Source of the DNA: Malacoraja senta
Lineage: Eukaryota
NCBI GenBank assembly: GCA_038087875.1
Contig: CM075997.1
Span: 5,830,001-5,894,000 of the forward strand
Reading direction: 5' to 3'
Length of the DNA stretch: 64,000 nt
Part shown: one piece after another, positions 1 to 11,289 of the stretch
How the letters are laid out: each line of letters starts with the position of its first letter
Position numbering within the stretch: the stretch's first letter is position 1
The notes under the pieces: generated by a model
Told to the model about the DNA's origin: nothing
Seen by the model: the letters and a program-made list of their open reading frames with translations, nothing else
Databases searched by the model: none
Position numbers and translations under genes: made by a program

Positions 1-480
1 ATCAATGGTCGCGTGGACTCAGTGGGCTGAAGGGCCTGTTTCCATGCTGCATCTATCAATCAATTATTTAATCTTTCAAATCCTCAGTTTTCTCTTTTTT
101 GGTCTTGTCCCTTTTCACCATTCCCCAATCTGCATTTTACCCACCTCTACCCCATCATCAAATTCATTTATAGAACGTTCAAATCCTATCACAACTTGTA
201 AAGATGAATCAGCCTGAGACCAATTATTGGTAAATAACAAAAAAGCCCTTCACCAGAACTGCAGCAGTTCAAGAAGGTGACATTATAAAGAGTAATTAGA
301 AATGACCATTAAATGCAAGCTTTGCTGGCTTAGCCGTTGATTCATAGGAGAGAACAAAAATTATGCAAGGTAATAGGGCATGCAAAGGTTAGGAACCTCT
401 GTTATCTAATGTATAAATCAATTCGAAATTCATATATAAGGGACTTTATTTTCAGAGATTTTTTTTGTGTGTTTTTGTAG

Positions 481-628
481 GACATAATGAATAAGAGAAA
501 TCCCCGCCTCGTACCATATAATCTCCTGGATGAACGCACAAAGACAACAAACCGAAACAGCTTGTGTGAGGCTGTCCGTACATTGATTGGTTACGGCTAC
601 AACATTGAGCCACCAGATCAAGAAACCA
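481..628 (+). CDS. RYR1: Ryanodine receptor exon ([21 protein letters not shown]...[11 protein letters not shown]), end of Repeat1-2 region
   Basis: ttgtag acceptor ending at 480, gtatgt donor at 629; 148 nt, phase 0 to 1; matches the RyR motif NPRLVPY.LLD...[18 protein letters not shown]. Confidence 0.95.
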
Positions 629-1237
629 GTATGTAACCATGGATTTTAAAACAGTTTTTCAGGGCTGCAATCCATCAAGCATAAATAATGAGTTGATAAT
701 AACTGCAGTGATATGGGAAATATTTTATTACATTAATCAAACATAATGCATCAAAGGTTTGATAAGGTTTGTGATGTAGGCACTATGTTGTAACTGCATC
801 ATCCGGAGTGCTGGCAGAGTTTGTGAGCAGCCATATCTGCTGAAACTGTGTATTGTACGAGCTGCTGAGTTAGCGTTATGTGAATTGTGAGTTGCTGAGC
901 TCCAATTATAATTTGTCAATACTTGGACAGTTTGATCCAGGGAGCAGCTATACTCATTGGGTTAGATATGTGTTTATTTTTGTTCACTGGTCAGCTTTAG
1001 GAGGATGTAACTACAAGTTGAGCAGATGTGGAGACTGTAGACAATGTGGCAGAGATAGAAGAAATTATAATTGAGCGCAAAGAAATGGCTGATGCGTCAA
1101 ATAAATAATTTGAATTATTCTTCACTGAAGAAGATGCTAATAAATGTAACATTTTACATTGAGAAACTATTGTTAACGATTGTTCTGGAATGAAATTCAA
1201 GGGATTAAAGTAACAAACTCTACACATATGATAACCT

Positions 1238-1455
1238 ACATCCGAGAAAGTAACTTCATCAATCGCTTCGCCCAACACCTCCGCTCGGTTCGCAATAACC
1301 AACCTGATCTCCCGGTGGATCAACACTTCAACTCAACTTTACTTCAACTTCCACATCAGTCTGAAGAAGGGTCTCGACCCGAAACGTCGCCTATTTCCTT
1401 TGCTCCATAGATGCTGCCTCACCCGCTGAGTTTCTCCAGCATTTTTATCTACCTT
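1238..1455 (+). mobile_element. Penelope-like element fragment (GIY-YIG remnant plus terminal repeat)
   Basis: Translates RFAQHLRSVRNNQPDLPV.QHFNS; followed by the ctgaagaagggtctcgacccgaaacgtc end repeat that recurs across the window. Confidence 0.8.
1361..1388 (+). ncRNA. Candidate minimal type I hammerhead ribozyme (Penelope-associated)
   Basis: CTGAAGA-A-[GGGTC TC GACCC]-GAAACGTC: catalytic boxes around stem II, palindromic ACGT stem III; stem I is weak. Confidence 0.55.
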
Positions 1456-2019
1456 CAGAAATGTGGAAGTATGATCTCTATGTAATGCGAGCGACACATC
1501 TCCTGACACCCAAAGTTTTTCCACCTGATTTTGAAATGTATCATTAGACCTAAATCTTGGAACTTTCCACCTCACGGCACTGTGGGAGTAGCTACACTGG
1601 AAGGACTAGGGTGGTTTAAGATAATGACTCGACAAAGTAGTTGAGACACGTACAATAACAACGTTTAAAAATCATTTGAACAGGTACTTGGATAGGAAAG
1701 GTTTAACGGGATATAGGCCAAACACGGGACAATAGGACCGGCTTAGATGGAATCTATTGTTAGGAATGTGACAACAGGCTATTTTGAGGATCATAATTAA
1801 CTTGGGCAGTGTCAAAATTGAGCTTGTTACATAAAGTCATTATGCATCAGCTAGAGTGGTGGCCACATGAAGTGGGGTCCGCCTTTCTGTATTTGTCATG
1901 TTACGACAATATCTGTGTCGAACATGATGCCAAGACCAACTCGTATCTGGCTGCACATTATCCATATCCCTCTTTTCCCTGCATACCCATATGGCGATCG
2001 AAAGGTCTGTAATATGCCA

Positions 2020-2582
2020 CTATCATATCTGCCTCAACCATCATCCTCTGCAGCGTGACCCAGAAACTCGCCACCCTCTGTGCAAAACAATAATAAAATA
2101 CTTGCCCCGCACATCTCCTTTGAACTTTGCCCCACTCACCTCAAAACCATGTCCTCTAGTATTTGATATTTCCATGCTTGGAAATAGTTTCTGTCTATCC
2201 TACGTGCCTCTCATTATCTTATATACTTCTATCAGGACCCCTCAACCTCCAAAATCCCAGAGGAAACAATCCAAGTTTCACCAAACTCTCCCTGTAGCTA
2301 ATACCGTCTAATCCAGGCATCTTTCGGGTAAGCCTCCTCTGCACCCATTCCAAAGCCTCCATATACTTCCTCTAATGGGGCAACCAGAACTGCAAGCAAT
2401 ACTCCAAATGTGGCCTAACCAAAGTCCCATAAAGCTGCATCATGACTTCCTAACTCTTATACTCAATGTCCCGATCAATGAAGGCAAGCACACCATATGC
2501 CTTCCGTACCGCTCTATCTATTTATGTTGCTTCTTTCACGGAGTTATGGACTTGGACCCCAAGATCCCTCTGTACATCAAAG
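2020..2582 (-). mobile_element. Degenerate CR1 LINE 3' fragment
   Basis: Reverse complement resembles the ORF2 C-terminus (RPHLEYC.QFW.P) of the better-preserved CR1 copies here. Confidence 0.75.
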
Positions 2583-2879
2583 GTAAAAGGAAAGTGAGAA
2601 AGATTGGAAGTATTTTTCAGATACTAATTTATGTGAAGCTTCCCAGTTATCATTATTCATTCTTGGTCATTGACTTGGTTGATTTTAGGTGACAATATTT
2701 GCATGCTGCCCCATTCTGAATGCGTAATTTAGCCTGAATATTTATTTTCATTGCTACTTATCACTACGTGCTTTTGAGTTTGATTGATTGGAAGATACAG
2801 CATGGAAACAGATCCTTCTGCCCATCGAGTCCATGCTGACCATTGATCACCCATTCGCATCAGTTCTGTTATCTTTACA

Positions 2880-4150
2880 ATACGATATTACTTTATAGTC
2901 AGAGCAAGTCTGAAATTTGTTTTGCATCGCAGCAGCTCCATTTACAGCATCACAGAAAAGACAACAGTGACGAGAGAAGTCAAGCATTAAGATATCAAGA
3001 CAGGACCCAAAAATACATACATTCAACATAACATTACAATAACAGAAGACAACATTTAAGGCCCATCAGCGTGCATTTGATCTGGGATTAAGCGTCTTAT
3101 TTAGTTCGAGCATTGACTGGTGCACAAAAGAGTGCTTCAGTCTAACCGTATTAAATTTTGGAACCCTATATCTCCGGTTTGATGGTAACTAATTGTACTC
3201 ACAGTTCAGAACATGTTTAGGGTCAGAAGAAATGTTGTTGGCCATCCTTAGTATGTTTTTATGGTAGGATGATTCATACAATTTCTGAAGTGGTTGACCT
3301 ACGATCTTTGAGCAGATTTTTAATTGTTGGAGCAGTTTTGATTTTGAAGTAGCAGACAAACTCTTGTACCATGTAGAATTACAGTACTGTAAAACACTCA
3401 TTATCACAGCGGTAAAGAATAATAAAAGGATTTAATACTTGCTCCGAAAGATCTAAGTCGGCGGAGAAACCAGATTCTTTGTTTTGTCTTAGTGCAATCT
3501 TATCAATGTGGTCATTCCATGATAACTGACGTGTTAAAGAAGGAACTGCAGATGCTGGAAAATCGAAGGTACACAAAAATGCTGGAGAAACTCAGCGGGT
3601 GCAGCAGCATCTATGGAGCGAAGGAAATAGGCAACGTTTCGGGCCGAAACCCTGAAGAGTCTGAAGAAGGTTTTCGGCCCGAAACGTTGCCTATTTCCTT
3701 CGCTCCATAGATGCTGCTGCACCCGCTGAGTTTCTCCAGCATTTTTGTGTACCCATGATAACTGATGGTCTATCATTACCCCCAAGTATTTAAATGAAGA
3801 TACCTGCCTGATTTTTTTCATTATTGGTAACAAGTGAAACTTTATGAGAGTCAGATGGTGAGCCAAATACAATCTCTTCCGTTTTCTTTGTGTTAATCTC
3901 GAGAGCATTATTATCAGTGCACTCGACCAGTTTGTTCACGGCGAGTTGGTGCAGCCCAGGGTTGTCTGAGTTATTTAACAAAGATAATAGAACTGTATCA
4001 TCTGAGTACTTTAGAATATATTGATTTGGTGTATCTGCACGACAATCATCAGTGTAAAAGGTAAAAAGCATAGCTGAACTCACACAACCCTGGGGGGCCC
4101 GACATTGGTTGTGATGGCAGATGAAAGGGTTTTATTCACCTTTACAATCT
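2880..4150 (-). mobile_element. Non-LTR retrotransposon RT fragment (Rex1/L2-like), interrupted by a Penelope insertion
   Basis: ORF pieces FTFYTDDC...ILKYSDDTVLLSLL...EINTKKTEEIVF and VSSFKYLGVMID; frameshifted. Confidence 0.75.
3530..3752. mobile_element. Penelope-like terminal repeat pair in inverted orientation, with 13-bp TSD
   Basis: About 85-bp near-perfect inverted repeat (3568-3652 vs 3669-3753); ccatgataactga duplicated at 3517-3529 and 3753-3765. Confidence 0.85.
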
Positions 4151-4151
4151 G

Positions 4152-4590
4152 CGGCCTACCATCACTGGAGCTGGAAGCCTCTTCGGACTGTCGTGGCCCC
4201 ACTGCGGGGCGTGGACTTACATCGGAGCGGATCCCTTGCCTGGGATCGCTCCCACCGTGACCACCGCGGACTTTATCATCAAGGGCTTGCACTCGGGGCG
4301 AGGATAGTCGGGTGCTCCAACGCCGCGGAAGGCTCGACCAGCCCCGACGCGAGGTTCATTCGCCCGGCGCGGGGGAGCTGACATCCACCCGATGGTGGAG
4401 TGGAGCGCCTCGATGCGGAGGGCCCGCACACCGGCTACAGGAGTCAAGATCGTCCCGTCAACGGGGGCTCGAGGCCCACGACCACGGAAGAGCAAGGGGA
4501 AGGACTTGAACTATATTTTGCCTTCCACCACATTGAGAAGTGTGTAGGAGTCACTGTGGTGGATTTTCAATGTTAAAAGGTGTTTTGATT
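4152..4590 (+). repeat. GC-rich non-autonomous interspersed repeat
   Basis: Homologous to the minus-strand copy at 8633-9367 (gatcccttgcctgggatcgctcccacc; ggagtcaagatc.tcccgtcaacggg). Confidence 0.75.
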
Positions 4591-4599
4591 GTTTTGTCT

Positions 4600-4820
4600 C
4601 CAAGATGGCTGCCGGAAGGGAGAGTGAACGCTGGCGTGTTTAGCTGCGGCTGCTCTCTCTTTGAATTGTGTGTTATCCCTACTATTTTTGGTTTCTTGTT
4701 TTATTCTGCTTATATGTTTTGTAATCTGATTATTAAATTTTGTAAGGCGTCCTTGAGAGTCTTTGAAAGGCGCCCATAAGTATAATGTTAATGTTAATAA
4801 TAATAATAATAATAATAATA
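4600..4820 (+). repeat. Short retroposon with L2-like tail and (TAA)n
   Basis: tgtaaggcgtccttgag...gaaaggcgcc stem-loop tail followed by taataataat. Confidence 0.55.
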
Positions 4821-5717
4821 GTGCGAACTCCATCATCACCTTCGCCGACGACACCACTGTTGTGGGACGAATCACAGATGGTGATGAGTCAGAGTGTAGA
4901 AGTGAGATCGACCGATTGACCAAATGGTGTCAGCACAACAACCTGTCTCTCAACACCAGCAAAACCAAGGAACTGATTGTGGACTTTGGAAGGGGAAGGA
5001 TAGGGACCCACAATCCCGTTTATATCAACGGTGGAAAGGGTAAAAAAAATCAAATTCCTGGGTGGGCATATTTCAGAAGATCTTTCCTGGTCCCAGCACA
5101 TTGATGCAATTATAAAGAAGGCACATCAGCGCTTCTACTTCCTGAGGAGATTACGGAGAGTCGGTATGTCAAGGAGGATTCTCTCGAACTTCTACAGGTG
5201 CACAGTAGAGAGCATACTGACTGGCTGCATCGTGGCCTGGTTCAGCAACTTGAACGGCAAGGAGCGGAAAAGACTGCAGAAAGTTGTGACCACTGCCCAG
5301 TCCATCACCGGCTCTGACTGCCCTACCATCAAAAGGATCTATCGCAGTCGCTGCCTCAAAAAGGCAGCCAACATCATCAAGGACCCACACTATGCTGGTC
5401 ACACACTCATTTCACCGTTGCCATCGGGAAAAAAGGTACAGGAGCCTGAAATCTGTAACATCCAGGTTCAGGAACAGCTTCTTCCCCACAACCATCAGGA
5501 TATTAAACACAACATCAAATAAGCTGTGAACAATAACAGTCTATTATTATTGCACTATATCTGTTTATTTATTGTGTATGTGGTCTATGGTCTATAGACA
5601 CACTAAACTTTTATCTTCCGTTTTGTATTATGTTTACATATTCTGTTGTGTTGCAGCAAGTAAGAATTTCATTGTCCTATCTGGGACACATGACAATAAA
5701 ACTCTCTTGACTCTTGA
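4821..5717 (+). mobile_element. Rex1/Babar-like LINE 3' fragment
   Basis: FADDTTVVGRITDGDES...WCQHNNLSLNTSKTKELIVDF and KKAHQRFYFLRRLRR...FYRCTVESILTGCI; aataaa plus tcttga tail. Confidence 0.8.
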
Positions 5718-6167
5718 TAACTCTGTGCCTCAAGTTGAGAGCTGACAGAGCTATGGGAGATGGTATGCTGCATAGATATTGATGGGCCATATTCAGATTG
5801 ATGTTGCTCTTGTGGATTGCATCAAGGATCAATACTCAGATGAATGATAGAGTGTAATGCTTGTTAATATGGTACTCTACATGGTCTGTGCCTGTTGAAT
5901 GCAAAAATCCGCTGGTTTAATGCATGTGGCCGAGGTAATGTGCTTGATATAGGCTTGCATGAGAAACATTTAAACAAAGGCCTCAATCTCCACCAATGTG
6001 CAGAGTGTAGATAATGGAGTTCGGGTGTTAGAGGGGGATTGTAAATGTTCTTGGAAATTGAGGGTGAGAGGCCAGAGGTGAGGGAATTAAATAGTTACAA
6101 TTCCTCTATGTTTAAGGTACTTAACATCTCATTTTAATAATACACATTTTTTGTTTTCTTGTGCTAG

Positions 6168-6373
6168 TTGCCCATACCACAGGTAAAGGCCGCGGTGACA
6201 AGGTGCGGTTGTTTCGTGCTGAGAAGTCATATGCAGTGAAGAGTGGAAAGTGGTATTTTGAATTTGAAGCTGTGACTGTGGGAGAAATGAGAGTGGGATG
6301 GGCACGGCCCGACTGCAGGCCTGATATACCATTGGGTGCTGATGACCTTGCTTTTGTCTTTAATGGATTTAAG
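6168..6373 (+). CDS. RYR1: Ryanodine receptor exon, SPRY2 ([33 protein letters not shown]...FNGFK)
   Basis: Pyrimidine tract plus ag at 6166-6167, gt at 6374; phase 1 to 0 continues the previous exon. Confidence 0.93.
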
Positions 6374-8425
6374 GTTTGTTGTATTTTTTTCTCTTAAAAT
6401 CAACAATGAATAATATTGTGCAATTTCCAAAAAAGGGAAAATAACTTTAATCTTGCAATTGCTGTATGTGGAGAGTAAAAGTAAACTTTCAGATGCATTA
6501 AGTAAGGTCAGGTGATATGAATTCAGGGATCGCATTCTCCAACAAGAATCACTGGATAGTACAAACCCTGGTTAGTTTCACATACATTCTTTCTCCCATT
6601 TCCCTGTCCTGTTATTCCTAATATATCCTGCCTGGATTTGAACTGCAGTGTTTTATAATTAGTAATTTATAAAATCAATGACATACCTGCAAAATGAAAA
6701 GTGGCAGAGGTCACCATTTAAAAAAAAATTTTGACTGCAACATTGTGACATATTCAAAAAGGATTGAACGATGGAAACAATACAAAGATGACTAATGGCA
6801 AAATACAGGGAGCTAATAAATTGGAAGTATTGTAATTGATGAATGAATCTCAATATTTTCTGTCCTGGGCTGCTTTCATTGCTGAAGTGAGGCCATGAGG
6901 CAAAGGGAGGAACAGCACATCATATACCGTTTGGGTAGCTTTCAAATTTTAGTTGACTAACCAATAACCACCTCCACCCCCCCTCTCTTCCCTTTGGCCC
7001 GCTTGGATGGGCACTCCTGCAATTTAACTTTCCCCTTCCCCCATCTCTTTCTACCTATCTCTGGCTTTATATTTCATGCCTTTTATCCTTATCTCATTAT
7101 CTTTTGTCTTTCAACTTTGGCCTTTGTCCATCTAACTGCCAATCAAACCCTCCCTCACCTGTAAACACCTATCACTTGCCTGTCTTTGTCCTGCCCTCAC
7201 TCACCTCTCTTCTAGCTTTCTCTCTCTACTACAATCAGTCTGAAGAAGGGTCCCAACTACAATTTTGCCCATTCATGCCTTCCAGAGCTGCTACCTAACG
7301 TGCTCTTTTACTCCACCACTTTGCGTCTTGTTAAAAAATGTTTTAAGTGTGATTTTGTGTGCAGGTCCAGACATTGCAGGCATCTACTCCATGGAAAATG
7401 TATCTCAAAGAGGGACAGAATAACCCAGGAGACAAGTATATTAATCACAAAATGTTGTTACAAAACACAAGTTAAGAAAACCCATATGAAAGGAAAGCAA
7501 AAGGACTGGAATTAATTTCCAAAGGGATATAAATTGGAAGAAGCAAGCTTATGTTAAACATTGAACACAATTGCTCTGTCTATAGAAATCACTTTTGGAA
7601 GTGCTAGGGATGATTCAAAGGAAGCTTTACCAATATGATACTTTAATCAATGGGTTATGCCTGTTAGGATAGGTTGTAAAAGCAGAAGGTTTTTATCTGA
7701 TTAAAGGGTGACATATATTTTATGATTATGGAAGCTCTTAATTACATGTAAAGAAGATTGCATTACAATTCGATCATCTGCATCATGTCTCTTTGTTCTA
7801 CACCATCCAATATCATTGAAAAACAAATTGTGAAGGAAAATTAAAAATTTGCCATGTCAGAAAGACATTGCATTTTATTCCAGAGGCAGAGGCTTTTCCG
7901 TCAAAGGCACATTGAATACATGTATTGGAGCGAAATAAAGGAGATTTTCCTGAACAGGTTACGTCAGAGGTTGGAATGGCGTTCACCTGAAGTACTTTAC
8001 TTACCTGGTTCTACACTGGTTTTAGATTGCTCTCATCCCCACTCCCCCCTTCACTCCTTCACCCAGATTGTGCTGAAAATCTGGAACACATTTTCACAAT
8101 TAGTTGAGTTGAATAGAATAGATGCATTTAAAAGCAATAAATTGAGGAATGGGGACGAGATGGATATGTTGATAGGGATTGTTTAAAAAAGGTATGTTGG
8201 GAGGAGTGACATATGCATAGACTAAAACTTCACATGTTAGTAGTGCTGATTGCCTTATTTCTGTATTGTAAATTTAAGAATACTTTAAATTTGCATTATA
8301 CCAAAAAAAAATTGTTTTAATGTAATTTTGAGGCTACCAGCATTTGCTAGTTTGCCACAGCTACTTAACCAATGTGATTCATACTGGCTGTAAGCCCCTA
8401 AGTATCTCTTTCCTTGGTCCCCCAG

Positions 8426-8600
8426 GGTCAGCGCTGGCATGTAGGGAGTGAACCGTTTGGCCGTACGTGGCAATCAGGTGATGTGGTTGGCTGTATGATT
8501 GACCTGGACGATATGAACATCATGTTCACGCTCAATGGAGAGATGCTTATCAGAGATTCTGGTTCCGAATTGGCTTTTACGGACATTGAAATAGGCGATG
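8426..8600 (+). CDS. RYR1: Ryanodine receptor exon ([27 protein letters not shown]...EIGD)
   Basis: cccag acceptor, gtaagt donor; 175 nt, phase 0 to 1. Confidence 0.96.
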
Positions 8601-8632
8601 GTAAGTTCTTGCCATTTTAAAAGATGCATGAA

Positions 8633-9367
8633 ATCAGAATCAGATTTTATTCGCCAAGTATGTTTTACAACATACGAGGAATTTCACTGGCCAGGTCAGT
8701 CATACAATTAAAAGCAACAGATCACCCAAAACACATTTTAACATGAACATCCACCACAGTGACTCCTACACATTCCTCACTGTGATGGAAGTCCTGCCTC
8801 GGTCGTGGGCCTCGTGCCTCCCGTTGACGGGATGATCTTGACTCCCGTAGCCGGCGGCGTTCGGGCCCTCCGTGTCGAGGCGATCAGCTCCTGCATCGGG
8901 GGGGAGAGCAGCTCCCCCGCGCCGGGCGATCGAACCTCGCGTCGGGGCTGGATGAACCTTCTGCGGCGTTGGAGCTCCCGACTAGCCTCACCCGAAACTG
9001 CGAGCCCTTGGTGTTGATTCCGCGGTGGGAGCGATCCCAGGCAAGGGATCTGCTCCGATGGTAAGTCCGCACCCTGCGGTGGGGCTCACGACAGTCCGAG
9101 GAGGCCTCCAGCTCCATCGATCGAAGGCCGCAGAGCCCGGAGAATGTGATCCGAAAAATGATCACATCTCCGGGAAGGTAGGAACCTGAAAAAAAATTCC
9201 CCCGATCCCCTCCCCCCTCCCCCTTACAAAACAAACCGAGCAACATTAAAACACACTTTCAACAAACGCTAAAAATTAAAAAAAAGATGAAAAAACAAAA
9301 GACTGCTGATGAAAAAACGAAAAGACTGCCGGCAGGGCGGCCATCTCCCCCGGCGCCCCCTGGTGGA
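8633..9367 (-). repeat. GC-rich non-autonomous retroposon with aataaa-(gattct) tail
   Basis: Minus strand ends aataaaatctgattctgatt; related segments at 4152-4590, 49162-50005 and 60480-60735. Confidence 0.7.
9353..9366 (-). promoter_or_regulatory. CTCF consensus core motif
   Basis: Minus strand reads CCACCAGGGGGCGC; sequence match only, no binding evidence. Confidence 0.45.
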
Positions 9368-9488
9368 AGTGTTTATTCCTTCAGTTTAGCTTTTCCTAAT
9401 AACATTAGGAAAAGCATTAATATGTCCCAATATAGAGGTGGTTCAGTTAGAAGGTGATGATTCTGTTTCTATGAAACCTCATATTATA

Positions 9489-11101
9489 CAGTGCCCTCCA
9501 TAATGTTTGGGACAAAGACCCATCATTTATTTATTTGCCTCTGTACTCCACAATTTGAGATTTGTAATAGGAAAAATCACATGTGGTTAAAGTGCACATT
9601 GTCAGATTTTAATAAAGGCCATTTTTATACATTTTGGTTTCACCATGTAGAAAGTGCAGCAGTGTTTATACATAGTTCCTCCATTTCAGGGCACCATAAT
9701 GTTTGGGACACATGGCTTCACAGTTGTTTGTAATTGCTCAGGTGCATAATAATTACCTCTTTAATGCAGGTATAAGAGAGCTCTCAGCACCTAGTCTTTC
9801 CTCAAGTCTTTCCATCACTTTTGGAATCTTTTATTGCTGTTTATCAACATGAGGACCAACATTGTGCCAATGAAAGTCAAATAAGCCATTATGAGAGTGA
9901 GAAACTAGAATAAAACTGTTAGACATGAGCCAAACCTTAGGCGTACCAAAATCAACTATTTGGAACATCATTAAGAAGAAAGAGCACTGGTGAGCTTACT
10001 AATCACAAAGGGACTGGCAGGCCAAGGAAGACCTCCACAGCTGATGACAGAAGAATTTTCTCTATAATAAAGAAAAATCCACAAACACTTGTTTGACAGA
10101 TCAGAAACACTCTTCAGGAGGCAGGTGTGGATTTGTCAATGACCACTGTCCGCATAAGACATCATGAACAGAAATAAAGAGGCTACACTGCAAGATACAA
10201 ACCACTGGTTAGCCGAAAAAATAGGATGGCCAGGTTACAGTTTGTCAACAAGTAAATAAAAGAACAACCTCAGTTCTGGAAAATGGTCTTGTGGACAGAT
10301 GAGACAAAGATGAACTTGTATCAGAGTGATGGCAAGAGCAAAGTATGGAGGAGAGAAGGAACTACCCAAGATCCAAAGCATACCACCTCATCTGTGAAAC
10401 ACGGTGGTGGGGGTGCTATGGCCTGGGCATATATGGCTGCTGAAGGTGCTGGCTCACATATTTTCATTGATGATACAAGTGCTGATGGTAGTAGCATAAT
10501 GAATTCTGAAGTGTATAGACACATCCTATCTGCTCAAGTTCAAACAAATGCTTCATAACATTGGCCGGCGGTTCATTCTACAGTAAGACAATGATCCCAA
10601 ACATACTGCTAAAGCAAGAAAGGAGTTTTTCATAGCTAGAAAATGGTCAATTCTTGAGTGACCAAGTCAATTACCTGATCTGAACCCAAGTAAGCATGCC
10701 TTTTGTATGCTGAAGAGAAAACTGAAAGGGACTAGCCCCCAAAACAAGCAAAACAAAATGGCTGCAATACAGGCCTGGCAGAACAGCACCAGAGAAGACA
10801 CCCAGCAACTTCAAGCAGTCATTGCATGCAAAAGATATGCAACAAAATACTAAACATTTCATTTACATGACATTGCTGTGTCCCAAACATTATGGTGCCC
10901 TGAACTGGGGAGACTATGTATAAACACTGCTGTAATTTCTACATGGTGAAACCAAAATGTATAAAAATGGCCTTTATTAAAATCTGACAATGTGCACTTT
11001 AACCACATGTGTTTTTTTTCAATTACATATCTCAAATTGTGGAGTACAGATGCAAATAAATAAATGGTGGGTCTTTGTCCCAAACATTATGGAGGGCACG
11101 G
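9489..11101 (+). mobile_element. Tc1-family DNA transposon, full length, inactive transposase
   Basis: TA at 9487-9488 and 11102-11103; about 220-bp TIRs beginning CAGTGCCCTCCATAATGTTTGGGACA; WTDETK, VKHGGG, DNDPKH and PDLNP motifs with stops and frameshifts. Confidence 0.95.
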
Positions 11102-11289
11102 TACATAACCACATAATTAAAACTGGGAATGGAGTGTTAGTCTCAATAATATATTTTTTCTCGTAGGATCTTTAAAATTAAAGAATTTTAATAGATATAA
11201 ATTTATTTTTGTTACTGCATGCTAAGAATGTTAAAAGATGTCTATCACATTGTGTAATAAAGTATCATTGCACAAGTGTCAATAGAAGC

